From the NCBI GenBank assembly GCA_040007575.1, contig JBDTUV010000002.1, forward strand, positions 1 through 33,275: 33,275 nt of DNA. The letters run 5' to 3'. The stretch's first letter is position 1; every line of letters begins with the position of its first letter. This stretch comes from Gemmatimonadales bacterium. GTDB lineage: Bacteria > Gemmatimonadota > Gemmatimonadetes > Gemmatimonadales > GWC2-71-9. This document shows positions 1 to 8,829 of the stretch, in pieces. The position numbers and the translations under genes are program-made. The notes under the pieces are model-generated. The model searched no databases and was not told the DNA's origin. It worked only from the letters and a program-made list of their open reading frames with translations.

Positions 1-2419
1 GCCAGGTGTCGGAGGACTCGCCGGCGAGAAACACCCGGCCGGCATCGGCCAGACCAAAGGCTCCGAAGTCGGCGGGTAAAATCAGCTTGACTCTTGCCAG
101 TGTTAGACGAAGCTCGGTGGATCCGTAGGCGGAGGCATCGCCGGCGTAGCGATTCACCCGGCCAAGCCGCACGGTTGAGGCGCCGCCGATGAACGCGGCC
201 TCGAAGAAGGGATAGGGTCCCCACAACTTCCGGCCCCCCAGCCGAATCGCGAGCGTGGGGTCCAACGGCGCGCGAGCCGAAAGGTATGTGACCGCCTCAG
301 CGTGTACTTCGCCGAAAGCGCTGTCGACGTCCCATATGGCCGGGTATGCGCTCCCACCCAGCTCCAGCAGAAGCCCCTTCCGGGCGAGGGCCGGCCGATC
401 CCGGCTGTCGTAGCGAAGGGTGAGTCCACCGCCGACCTCTCCGAAGTTTCCGGTGCCGTAGAAACTTGTGAGCGATGGCGATGCCAGGAAGCGGCCCGGC
501 CGGTCGTCGGTGGAGACGTACTTGAGGATGGGCCCAAACCGCACGGTCGCTGCGCGGCCCAGGGCGAACGCCAGAGAGGGCTGAAAACCGAAGGCATCCT
601 GGGTCACCCGGTAGAACTCATTATTGCCGGGCGCCGGGTTGTCATTGCCGAACCCGCTGAAGCTGATCACGTCGATACCCGACGCTCGAACGTGAATGTC
701 AGCCCGGGTGCCAGAGTTTTCCCGCCGGAACTCTCCCCGGTATTCCAGCCGGTAGCTCTTGGGACCGCTTGCAAATGCGGCTCTGAACTGGTGCCGGCTG
801 GCATAGGGGTCCTTCCGGAAGCCATAGACCGTCAGCGTCCGGCCTCCGCCGATCAGCAGTCCGAGGTCCGGGCCAAGGCTCAGCGTGGTGGTGGCAGTCC
901 ATCGCTTGCCCCAGTCCCGCTCGGGGACGGCGTCCGGATTCTTGCGTGGTACAGTGTACCCGCGGCGGTCCACCTGCGTTGCCGAACCCTCGGTACGCGC
1001 CGCCGCCCCCGCGTCGTCATAGAAGCGCTCGCGCCCCTTCCGGGTCGAGTCCACTAGCCGGTCCTGTCCTGCTCCACCCAGAATTCGGAGCAACGGGCTG
1101 TTCCCGGCACCCCGTACGACTGCCCGGTCATCCCCGCCATCGAGGAAGACACGCACCTCACGGGTGGCTTTGGGATCGAATCGGCGCCTGAAATACGGCT
1201 CGCTGGTGGCCGCTGTGGCGCCGCCCGGGGAGAGCGTCAGCTCCACGGCACCATCGGGCCCGCGGGTCAGGTTTGCCTCGTCTGCTGCGTCGGTCCCGTA
1301 CACGTCTACCTGTCTGGCAAGAAGGTTGTAGTAGCCACGGGCCGCCTCGAGGAGATGATCCCGCCTTGCACGGAGAGCCGCCGCGAGGCGAGCTCCACCG
1401 AGGCCGTAATGCTCCGGCGGCAGCTCTCGCACCGCATCCTCGATCACGGCGTCGGTGAGTGCCGACTGGAGCTTGATCGCCGTCGATTCCCACACCGGCC
1501 ACTCGAGCTCTGCCAGCAGGCGCCGATCGAGGTCGCGTCCGTTCCACGTGGCGCCTGCCAGGTAGGGATACCCGGGACCGAAGTTGGTCAGCTGTGGTGC
1601 GCTCTGGCGGGCGACGTAGAGGAGCACGCCGTCATACTTCGCGAACGCCTGATCGCGGTCCAGCGGTATAGGAGCCCACCTGCGGGGGACCGCGTCGCTG
1701 AAGCGGGCCCAGCTCCACTGTCCAGCGTGCCGGTCCCAGTCGCCGATCAACAGGTCGAACAAACGCGCGGTGAGGAAGGGACGGGCCTCCGCCCGATCAT
1801 CCGCGCTCCGGTTCATCCGTGCCAACAGTGAGTCCGAGTTGATGATTTCCGTCGCTTTGCCCCAATGAGCCGGGACCGGTCTGGAACCGCCGATCCGGTC
1901 TTCCAGGAAACCCATCAGCCCGGCAAACTCCGGCCGGAACTCTCCCAGAAGGGGGTCATCAGGAAGGACATACAAACGAGATTGGCCGTGGGGGATTCCC
2001 GCGGCGGTGAGCAGCGGCCCCACCACGAGCGGGCCGGTGGGAAGGGCGGAGCTGGTCTGGTCTCGGACTACATCACCGGCTACGGTGGCCCGCAGCTCCA
2101 GCGGCAGCGTGGCCGACGGGTCCTTGTCGATCGACCGGAAGAAGAATTCACGCCCGTCCGGTGCCACCAGCAGCAGCGACTTGGTCTGCTGACCGCCACC
2201 CTTCGATACCGGTTTGAGCCCGCCGGCAAACGTCTTGAGATCGAGCACCGGCACTGATACGGGCGTGGACCAGAGCGAGCGATATTCCCGGCCGAACAGG
2301 AGCCGGTGCAGCCCGCTGGCCCGGTAGCGCGGTCCCGCAGCCTGCAATACCCGCTTCGACGGCAGGCTGTCCGGCTTCTGCCCCACCAACGGCGTCACGC
2401 CGGAGGACAGCAGCGCCAT
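1..2419 (-). CDS. Partial outer-membrane protein (3' end beyond window) with C-terminal Omp85/D15 (BamA/TamA-like) beta-barrel region; N-terminal and central parts of unknown function
   Basis: Not in the supplied ORF track. Reading the reverse complement from ATG 2419-2417 gives about 806 codons with no stop down to position 2, so the ORF leaves the window. The translation starts MALLSSGVTPLVGQKPDSLP and contains LFDLLIGDWDRHAGQWSWARF. It ends ...GGASTVRLGRVNRYAGDASAYGSTELRLTLARVKLILPADFGAFGLADAGRVFLAGESSDTW, an alternating beta-strand pattern typical of surface-antigen barrels. Third codon positions are G/C-rich. Alternative starts are TTG 2428, CTG 2431 and ATC 2449. Confidence 0.7.
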   Translation of the reverse strand, partial: MALLSSGVTPLVGQKPDSLPSKRVLQAAGPRYRASGLHRLLFGREYRSLWSTPVSVPVLDLKTFAGGLKPVSKGGGQQTKSLLLVAPDGREFFFRSIDKDPSATLPLELRATVAGDVVRDQTSSALPTGPLVVGPLLTAAGIPHGQSRLYVLPDDPLLGEFRPEFAGLMGFLEDRIGGSRPVPAHWGKATEIINSDSLLARMNRSADDRAEARPFLTARLFDLLIGDWDRHAGQWSWARFSDAVPRRWAPIPLDRDQAFAKYDGVLLYVARQSAPQLTNFGPGYPYLAGATWNGRDLDRRLLAELEWPVWESTAIKLQSALTDAVIEDAVRELPPEHYGLGGARLAAALRARRDHLLEAARGYYNLLARQVDVYGTDAADEANLTRGPDGAVELTLSPGGATAATSEPYFRRRFDPKATREVRVFLDGGDDRAVVRGAGNSPLLRILGGAGQDRLVDSTRKGRERFYDDAGAAARTEGSATQVDRRGYTVPRKNPDAVPERDWGKRWTATTTLSLGPDLGLLIGGGRTLTVYGFRKDPYASRHQFRAAFASGPKSYRLEYRGEFRRENSGTRADIHVRASGIDVISFSGFGNDNPAPGNNEFYRVTQDAFGFQPSLAFALGRAATVRFGPILKYVSTDDRPGRFLASPSLTSFYGTGNFGEVGGGLTLRYDSRDRPALARKGLLLELGGSAYPAIWDVDSAFGEVHAEAVTYLSARAPLDPTLAIRLGGRKLWGPYPFFEAAFIGGASTVRLGRVNRYAGDASAYGSTELRLTLARVKLILPADFGAFGLADAGRVFLAGESSDTW

Positions 2420-2455
2420 TCCGAGCAACAGATCTCGCTTGGTATTGATAACAGC

Positions 2456-3604
2456 TCACTCCACTTCGGTCGAAAAGACTTCTCGGCTGCCGCCTTCGGC
2501 ATCAACCTCCAGCACGGCCAGGCGGGCCCGCCCCACTCGCGGTAGATCGAGCCTGGCGAATCCGCTCGCTCGCCTTGCAAACAGAGTCCCGCGAATGGCC
2601 ATGGCGTCGCCGGTGTGCCCGTAGATCCCAGTGCCGCTCACCAGCTCGAGCCGCGCTGCCCCACCCGACAGCACCTGCAAGTTGTGCTCGTGTCCAGCCG
2701 CGTAGAGCATCGGTGGTGCAGCCGCCAGCGCCCGGCGGAACGACCGAATCAGCCGCTGGTAGGCGCGGGAAGGGATATCCTGGTTGGAAATACCCTGCTG
2801 CCGCGCCGCCGGATAGAGGGAGCCGATCAAAGGCAGCGGTATCCAGAGCCATGACTTGATCGCCCGCAGCGGGAAAACGTGATCCTTCCAGTCGAAGTGG
2901 CCACCGTGAGCGCCGCCCGAACGCAGCGGGTGATGCTCGGTAAGGACGACCAGGCGGCCGGCGGCCCCGAGGAGAGCGGTCTCCAGCGAGTCCACGATCT
3001 CCGATTCGGAATCCGCGCCGCAGCTGGAGTCCGGTTCTCTGGGCTTGGGTCCAGGATGAAGCCACCACTGAGTGTCCAGCATTACCAGCCGCAGCCGCGA
3101 CCCGATGTCCACCACGCTTGGGCCGGGACAACCACCACCCGGCCGGAGCAAGACCTTCCCACCGCCTGCCGAATCCACGAAGGCTTGCTGCCGCTTGATC
3201 GCATCCCAACCATCGACGCCATGCCTGGCCCAGTCGTGGTTGCCCGGGACCATGTAGCCGCTGGAGCCGCTGGCGGTGATCGCTTCCACCTGTGCGGCCA
3301 GGTGCCGCTCGGCCTCGCGCCTGCCGGGCCGGCCCGGCGCCGGAAGTCCTCGGGGATAGGCGTTGTCCCCCAGAAAGACGACCACGCGTTGGGAGCGGCG
3401 GGAGGCAAGATCGTGGCGTAACGCCAGGAGCACCGGCTCACCGGCGGAATCCGGGTTCCCCGCGTCGCCGATGAGATACAGGCTGACCGCAACCTCATCT
3501 GGCGGGAGCTCGGGGACCGGAACCGGTGGAGGCGGCCGGTGGCCGGCGCAGGCGACGGCGCCCGCAAGCGTTACGGCGCTCCATGCGCTCAGTCTTCGGT
3601 TCAC
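2456..3604 (-). CDS. Purple-acid-phosphatase-like metallophosphoesterase, probable lipoprotein or secreted protein
   Basis: Lies in track ORF 2456..3661. All five PAP-type metallophosphoesterase motifs are present in order: GDAG, GDNAY, GNHD, LTEHH, GHEH. I prefer GTG 3604 as the start (VNRRLSAWSAVTLAGAVACAG, signal/lipobox-like), 7 nt after the upstream stop at 3612-3614. The longest ORF would start at 3661. Confidence 0.85.
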   Translation of the reverse strand: MNRRLSAWSAVTLAGAVACAGHRPPPPVPVPELPPDEVAVSLYLIGDAGNPDSAGEPVLLALRHDLASRRSQRVVVFLGDNAYPRGLPAPGRPGRREAERHLAAQVEAITASGSSGYMVPGNHDWARHGVDGWDAIKRQQAFVDSAGGGKVLLRPGGGCPGPSVVDIGSRLRLVMLDTQWWLHPGPKPREPDSSCGADSESEIVDSLETALLGAAGRLVVLTEHHPLRSGGAHGGHFDWKDHVFPLRAIKSWLWIPLPLIGSLYPAARQQGISNQDIPSRAYQRLIRSFRRALAAAPPMLYAAGHEHNLQVLSGGAARLELVSGTGIYGHTGDAMAIRGTLFARRASGFARLDLPRVGRARLAVLEVDAEGGSREVFSTEVE

Positions 3605-3611
3605 AGGACAG

Positions 3612-5045
3612 CTACGTCGCTCTCTCCAGCGCCTTCGATTTGCGGACGTACTCGCGGCCAACGGCCACGGCGAGGAGCAACCAGATCACGGCCAAAACCA
3701 GGTTCACTCTGGCAAAGCCGCTCGTTCCCAGGCCGAGCATGGTGACCCCCACAAACACCAGCGCGGCCGACATTACGTCCCCGGCGCGCCAGAAAAACGA
3801 ATCGATGGCCTGCTTGGCCTTGTACTTCTCGTCTCTGCTGGTGGGGAGGAACAGCACGTTGCGCACCGTATTCTGAATCGAGTAGTCGGTGGCGTTCTCC
3901 GCAATCTTCACCCCGCGCACCAGCGCCAGAACCGGGGCGAAGGCGAGGATGGTGTAGCCGGTCAGCGCGATGACCGGCAGCACCAGGACTGCCGTCTTGA
4001 CGCCGAAATACTTCAGCAAGCGGGAGACGACGAAGAGCTGGAGGAGGAGTCCTGCCAGGTTGACGACGAGAAAGAACTCGGAGTAGAACCGCCCGATGTA
4101 CTCCGGGATTCCCAGCCCTCCGGCAGCTCCCGAGCTGACGGCCGCCGTAGCGGCCTCGGCGACCGTGCGACCCAGGATATACTCGCCGGTGGTGTTCACC
4201 CAGTTAACGATCAGCATGAGCGAGGCAATGAGCAGCAGATAGCGGCTGCTGAACACCAGGCGGAAGGTGCCCCGTCGGCTCGCGGGACCTGTGCCAGGAA
4301 GGGATACCGTGAGCTTCTGGGCATCCTCCATGGCCTGGATCTGATACTCGCCGGTGGCAGCCGGTAGTTCGGCAGTCGTGAGGTGGGAGGGAAGATGAGT
4401 CTCGTGCTGAGCTCTCTCCCGCGCATCCACCACATTGCTGACCGCAGCCGCTGCTATGAGGAGCACGGCCGCAACCAGGAGAGCCTGCGGCACTCCAACG
4501 AGGGGAATGATCTGCCGGGCGAGAATACTTCCCATCACCGCGCCGAGGGACATACCGAAGGCGACGATCACGAAGAGGCGCTCGCCCTGCTCTTTGGTGT
4601 ACAGGTCGTTGGCGAAAGACCAGAACTGCGCCACGATCATCAGGCTGAAGACGCCGACCCAGAGGAAGAAGATGACCCCTACCGGCACATTGGCTTTCGT
4701 AAGCCCATAGAAACCGATGAGACAAAGCACGAAGAACGCAGTGACCGCATTGAGCAGCCCCCGGCGCGGCAGCCGGTCCGCGAGAAGACCGTAGGCGGGT
4801 ACCAGGCCAAGGAGCAAGAGCGCCTGGCCCGCCGCCGCGTACGACTTCACCTCGGCACCCTCGCCTGAGAGGATGAGTGCCTCGCGGAGCGGCTTGATGA
4901 CGTAGTACGCAGTAAGGAGAAGAAAGATGTTGAGCGTGAGGAGAAGCGCCGTGCCTGATTCTCCCGGTCGGACGTCGGTAAACAGCCGCAAGGCGCGATC
5001 GAGGGGGCTGGGTCCGTGACCCGCCCTGACGATCCTCGCGCTCAC
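3612..5045 (-). CDS. TLC / ATP:ADP-antiporter-family (COG3202-like) nucleotide transporter-like membrane protein
   Basis: Lies in track ORF 3612..5204. The protein is polytopic and hydrophobic. The N-terminal helix LLLTLNIFLLLTAYYVIKPLREALIL resembles the first TLC-family helix, and the length and TM periodicity fit 11-12 TM. I prefer GTG 5045-5043 as the start; it overlaps the kinase stop TGA 5044-5042 (GTGA). Confidence 0.7.
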   Translation of the reverse strand: MSARIVRAGHGPSPLDRALRLFTDVRPGESGTALLLTLNIFLLLTAYYVIKPLREALILSGEGAEVKSYAAAGQALLLLGLVPAYGLLADRLPRRGLLNAVTAFFVLCLIGFYGLTKANVPVGVIFFLWVGVFSLMIVAQFWSFANDLYTKEQGERLFVIVAFGMSLGAVMGSILARQIIPLVGVPQALLVAAVLLIAAAAVSNVVDARERAQHETHLPSHLTTAELPAATGEYQIQAMEDAQKLTVSLPGTGPASRRGTFRLVFSSRYLLLIASLMLIVNWVNTTGEYILGRTVAEAATAAVSSGAAGGLGIPEYIGRFYSEFFLVVNLAGLLLQLFVVSRLLKYFGVKTAVLVLPVIALTGYTILAFAPVLALVRGVKIAENATDYSIQNTVRNVLFLPTSRDEKYKAKQAIDSFFWRAGDVMSAALVFVGVTMLGLGTSGFARVNLVLAVIWLLLAVAVGREYVRKSKALERAT

Positions 5046-6727
5046 GACCGGCCGGCGCCTACCGCGGGCGCGGGCGTCTCCACCGGCTCCCACACTGCGT
5101 CGATGGTCTTGCTCAGCATTCTCTTGTCCGACTCGGTTGTCTCGGCACGGGCGGACTCGGGGTGATGCCGGTCCCACCAACGGTGCGCCTGGTCCTCGGT
5201 CCACGCGGCGGGAACCGCGGTTGAGAGCCGGCGTGCCAGCTCGCCGGCCGTCTGGGGCCGATCCTCGGGATGCTTGGCCAGGCAGGCCAGTATGACCCTG
5301 TCCAGCTCGGGCGGAATATCAAGCTCGCTGCGCTGGGACGGCGGCACCGGAGTGGCGTTGGCGTGCTGATACATGAGCTGGATGGCCGTGGGCGCCTCAA
5401 ATACCAGACGCCCCGTCAAGAGCCAGTACCCCACGCACCCGAGGGTGTAGAGGTCCACCCGGTGATCGGCCACCCGGTCGCCTCGGATCACTTCGGGCGC
5501 GATGTACGCCGGCGTGCCGGTGGTGCTGTCCGGCGCGGTCAGCAGTGTCGCCTCTCGGCTGCCGTCGCCCACCGCCTTCACCAGGCCGAAGTCCAGCACC
5601 TTCACGAAGTCCACCGCCAGGCCCAGGCGGCAAGTGAAAATATTCGACGGCTTGATGTCTCGGTGCACCAGGCCCCGGGTGTGCGCCTCTTCCAGCGACT
5701 CGCATGCCTGGCGCAGGAGGTAGACGACGCGCTCAGGCGGCAGCGGGCCGAACCGCTCCACCAGCGTCTCCAGGTCGAGTCCATCGAGGAGCTCCATCAC
5801 CAGGAAGAAGGTTCCGTCGTTGGCCACGCCGAAATCGTAGAGACCGATCGTGTGCGGGGACCTGAGCGATGCGGCCGCCTCAGCCTCGCGCCGGAAGCGC
5901 TCGACCATGACCCGGGCGGCCGTGGGAGAGCTGGAGCCGAGGATCTCCGGCCGGATCAGCTTCACGGCCGCCGGCCGCGCCAGCATCTGGTGGGTGGCCC
6001 GGAAGACTTCCCCCATCCCGCCTTTGCCCAGCGGTTCCTCGAGCCGGTAACTCCCCAGCTCGCGCGCGCGCCTCACCTGCTGGCCGAGGCCATGGATGAT
6101 CTTCACGGGAATGACGACCAGGAAGGCACAGATGTAGTTGGGCAGAAAGTCCCAGAGCAAATAAAAGGTGCTGAGATGGACCTGGACCCCGCGAAGATGA
6201 CTGAGGTAGAACGCGACGGGCTCGGTGGAGGCCGCCAGGAGCGACGTCAGCAGCGTCTTCTTCGGGGTATTGGGTACGATCGCCGGATAGAACAGGATCG
6301 GGATGACGACCCACGACACTCGTGGGGTGATTGGGACCGGTGCCCACTGGCTGAGGATGGACACCAGCATACACTGGAGCACCAGATAGCCGGATCCCAT
6401 GTCGACCAATATGGGATTGCCGCTCAGGTGCCGGGCCAGCACGGTCATGGAGAGGGAGCTGACGATCCCTACCGCCGCGATCAGATGTCCGGGGAAAGGC
6501 CAGAGGTCCCGCATGAAGGCCATCTCACCGAACCACCCTGCCACAACCGTATTCATGAAGATTGTGAGGATCCACAGCGCAGCGAAGACCAAGCCCACGA
6601 TCGCGACCCGGCTGCAGGTCTGACACAGGACATCATTGGGCAGGCTCTGGCCAGGCCGGGAGCCGACACTGGCTCGCATGGGGGTCGATGGGCGGCGGCC
6701 GAGGAGGCGTCGTGAGGTCATGAGCAT
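5042..6727 (-). CDS. Ser/Thr protein kinase (Hanks-type) with an N-terminal polytopic membrane domain (about 6 TM)
   Basis: Lies in track ORF 5042..6817. Kinase motifs present: GKGGMGEVF (P-loop), AVK (VAIK-type Lys), HRDIKPSNIF (catalytic loop), DFG, TPAYIAPE. About 230 hydrophobic residues precede the kinase domain. Likely starts are ATG 6727 or ATG 6721 (MLMTSRRLLG). Confidence 0.9.
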   Translation of the reverse strand: MLMTSRRLLGRRPSTPMRASVGSRPGQSLPNDVLCQTCSRVAIVGLVFAALWILTIFMNTVVAGWFGEMAFMRDLWPFPGHLIAAVGIVSSLSMTVLARHLSGNPILVDMGSGYLVLQCMLVSILSQWAPVPITPRVSWVVIPILFYPAIVPNTPKKTLLTSLLAASTEPVAFYLSHLRGVQVHLSTFYLLWDFLPNYICAFLVVIPVKIIHGLGQQVRRARELGSYRLEEPLGKGGMGEVFRATHQMLARPAAVKLIRPEILGSSSPTAARVMVERFRREAEAAASLRSPHTIGLYDFGVANDGTFFLVMELLDGLDLETLVERFGPLPPERVVYLLRQACESLEEAHTRGLVHRDIKPSNIFTCRLGLAVDFVKVLDFGLVKAVGDGSREATLLTAPDSTTGTPAYIAPEVIRGDRVADHRVDLYTLGCVGYWLLTGRLVFEAPTAIQLMYQHANATPVPPSQRSELDIPPELDRVILACLAKHPEDRPQTAGELARRLSTAVPAAWTEDQAHRWWDRHHPESARAETTESDKRMLSKTIDAVWEPVETPAPAVGAGRS

Positions 6728-6902
6728 GTCGGGTCTAGGGGTTCGCCCTAAGCCTACACCGATTGAGGACGGCGCGGAACACCGGATGTCCGAGGGTGTG
6801 ACACGACGTTGCCACATTCAGAATCCCAACGTACGTTCGTGCCAGGAGGTTCCGGCCCACTCCCAGACAACCGCGTCGATTGAACCCACCGTGCCGCCCG
6901 GC

Positions 6903-7466
6903 GTGACTTTGCGGCTTGCCCTGACCGGCCTTCTGGTTCTCGCTGCATGTCAGCGGACAGCGAGCCCGGCTCCAGGCCCGGCGCGGTGTGGACCGGCTGT
7001 GCCTCGAACGGCAATGCACCCGATCGCCCTGCACCCTGCACTCCTCGCCGGTTATTACGAGCTGATCCAGGTCCAGAGCCAACCGATAAGCGGCGTCGTG
7101 ACATCGGGGCGCCTTCACCTCGCTCCGCAAGACTCCGTCAGCAAAGCCGGGGCAGTGGGCGGCGCCGTGCGGGATCTGATCGGGTGGCTCGATTTCACCG
7201 GAGGTGATCCGGCGTGGCGGGCCGCCGTTTCGTCTCACGACCCGGCTCGTCCCGGCGCGGTGCTTACCGGGCAGCATCTCAGGCTCGGACAGGCCAGTCC
7301 TCCGGACGGCATGGTCCACCTCCTGACCATCACCGCGGTATCGGCCGAGGGATTCTGGGGCTGGTGGAAAGCCGATCGCGGGGTGGCCGTGAGCACCGAG
7401 CCGGGTACCGATCGCGTCCTGCCGGATCCGGCCGGTTACTTCTGTGCCCTCCGTGACGGCAGGTAG
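6903..7466 (+). CDS. Hypothetical lipoprotein
   Basis: Lies in track ORF 6636..7466. In-frame GTG 6903 gives VTLRLALTGLLVLAAC-Q with a canonical lipobox (LAAC). Codon bias is coding-like. I recognise no family. Confidence 0.5.
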   Translation: MTLRLALTGLLVLAACQRTASPAPGPARCGPAVPRTAMHPIALHPALLAGYYELIQVQSQPISGVVTSGRLHLAPQDSVSKAGAVGGAVRDLIGWLDFTGGDPAWRAAVSSHDPARPGAVLTGQHLRLGQASPPDGMVHLLTITAVSAEGFWGWWKADRGVAVSTEPGTDRVLPDPAGYFCALRDGR

Positions 7467-7475
7467 AGAGTACCA

Positions 7476-7964
7476 TTGAAGGTGAGGTCATCCACGCCGA
7501 GCGCCGGACTATTGCTCTACCGCCGCCCAGCCGGCAGGCTCGAGATCTTTCTGGCTCACCCAGGCGGCCCGTTCTGGCATAACCGTGACGCCGGCGCGTG
7601 GACCATACCCAAGGGCCTGGCGGAGGCGGGCGAAGACACTTTGGCCGCGGCCTGTCGCGAGTTCAAGGAGGAGACCGGCATACAACCGGTCGGACCATTC
7701 CTTCCGCTCGGCAGCATTCGCCAGAAAGCGGGCAAGCTGGTGCACGCCTGGGCATGGGAGGGTGATGCGGATCCGGAGCGCGTCACCAGCAACACCATGC
7801 AGACCGAGTGGCCCCGGGGCTCCGGCCGTATGCTCACCTTCCCCGAGGTCGACCGTTGTGCCTGGTTCGATCTCCAGGCTGCCCGGCAGAGGATCAATCC
7901 CGCCCAGGCCGAATTGATCGACCGCCTGGAACTGGCGCTGGCAGGGCCCCAGCCCGCGGCATAG
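7476..7964 (+). CDS. NUDIX hydrolase
   Basis: Nudix box GX5EX7REUXEEXGU is present as GLAEAGEDTLAAACREFKEETGI. TTG start at 7476 (alternative GTG 7482). Confidence 0.85.
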   Translation: MKVRSSTPSAGLLLYRRPAGRLEIFLAHPGGPFWHNRDAGAWTIPKGLAEAGEDTLAAACREFKEETGIQPVGPFLPLGSIRQKAGKLVHAWAWEGDADPERVTSNTMQTEWPRGSGRMLTFPEVDRCAWFDLQAARQRINPAQAELIDRLELALAGPQPAA

Positions 7965-7988
7965 GTGACCATCTCGAGTGCGCTCTAG

Positions 7989-8744
7989 GTGAAACCATAC
8001 GCCGACCATTTCTCACGGCTGGCACCGGCCTACGCCTCATGCCGGCCGCGTTATCCAGAGGGAATGTTCGACTACCTCGCGGGGCTGGTGAGCCGGCACG
8101 AGCTCGCCTGGGACTGCGCGGCGGGAAGCGGACAGGCTACGATCCCTCTTGCCCGCCGGTTCAGTCGAGTCGTCGCTACCGATATCAGCGCTGCCATGCT
8201 CCAGCAGGCACCCCGCCATCCGGCAGTGGAGTACCGGGCTGCCTCGGCGGAAGCCAGCGGACTGAGAGCCGGCACCGCCGATCTCGTCACGGCCGCGCAG
8301 GCGCTCCACTGGCTCGATCACCAAACATTCTACGCTGAGGCGACTCGGGTCCTCGTGCCGGGGGGAGTGCTGGCGGTGTGGAGTTACGGGGTGCAGCATC
8401 TGGATGAGCCGGCACTCGACAGCGTGATGCGGCACTTTTATGCGGACATCGTCGGACCTTACTGGCCTCCGGAGCGTTGTCATGTGGAATCGGGGTACAG
8501 TACGCTCCCCTTCCCGTTCCCGGAGCTCGAGCCCCCGGTGCTGGCCATGGAGGAGCTGTGGAGCCTGGCCCAGCTTCTTGGCTATGTCGGAACCTGGTCG
8601 GCCACCCAGCGCTTCCGTGAGGTAGTGGGTCGCGATCCGCTGGAGCAGCTCGGACAGGACCTGGCGCAGCATTGGGGGGATCCTTCGTTGTCTCGGCGGG
8701 TCCGCTGGCCCTTGAGCCTGCGCGTGGGTCGCCGGCCGGTTTGA
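7989..8744 (+). CDS. Class I SAM-dependent methyltransferase (Methyltransf_11-like)
   Basis: Motif I LAWDCAAGSGQAT, followed by VVATDIS (acidic loop) and LVPGGVLAVW (motif IV region). GTG start. Confidence 0.85.
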   Translation: MKPYADHFSRLAPAYASCRPRYPEGMFDYLAGLVSRHELAWDCAAGSGQATIPLARRFSRVVATDISAAMLQQAPRHPAVEYRAASAEASGLRAGTADLVTAAQALHWLDHQTFYAEATRVLVPGGVLAVWSYGVQHLDEPALDSVMRHFYADIVGPYWPPERCHVESGYSTLPFPFPELEPPVLAMEELWSLAQLLGYVGTWSATQRFREVVGRDPLEQLGQDLAQHWGDPSLSRRVRWPLSLRVGRRPV

Positions 8745-8829
8745 AATCTGCTGGCATGACTGGCCCCGCCTGCCCTGTTACCTTAATCGAGTCCCCTTAC
8801 AGGCCAGTGGCCTCAACTGAGCGGGTGGA

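Noticed and set aside
2456-2458. The TGA read as a selenocysteine codon.
   Set aside because: There is only an imperfect hairpin downstream, and no Sec-utilisation genes or Cys-homologue evidence are visible in the window. It is kept as one low-probability option in the finding rather than called as a feature.
154-2459. All track ORFs in the first 2.4 kb (154..597-, 302..1057+, 1158..1547-, 1355..1831+, 1865..2257+, 2148..2459- and others).
   Set aside because: They overlap the uninterrupted minus-strand frame that encodes the Omp85-like protein, and their translations are not protein-like.
5270-6715. 481-aa plus-strand ORF antisense to the kinase gene. Similar long antisense or out-of-frame ORFs include 26512..27972-, 20895..21857-, 13709..14845-, 16944..17825-, 17227..18153-, 3363..4367+, 23683..24669-, 25079..25996- and 32515..33246-.
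   Set aside because: They have Arg/Pro/Gly/His-rich, low-complexity composition with no recognisable motifs. Each lies opposite a gene with clear family motifs. Long shadow ORFs are expected in GC-rich DNA because stop codons are AT-rich.
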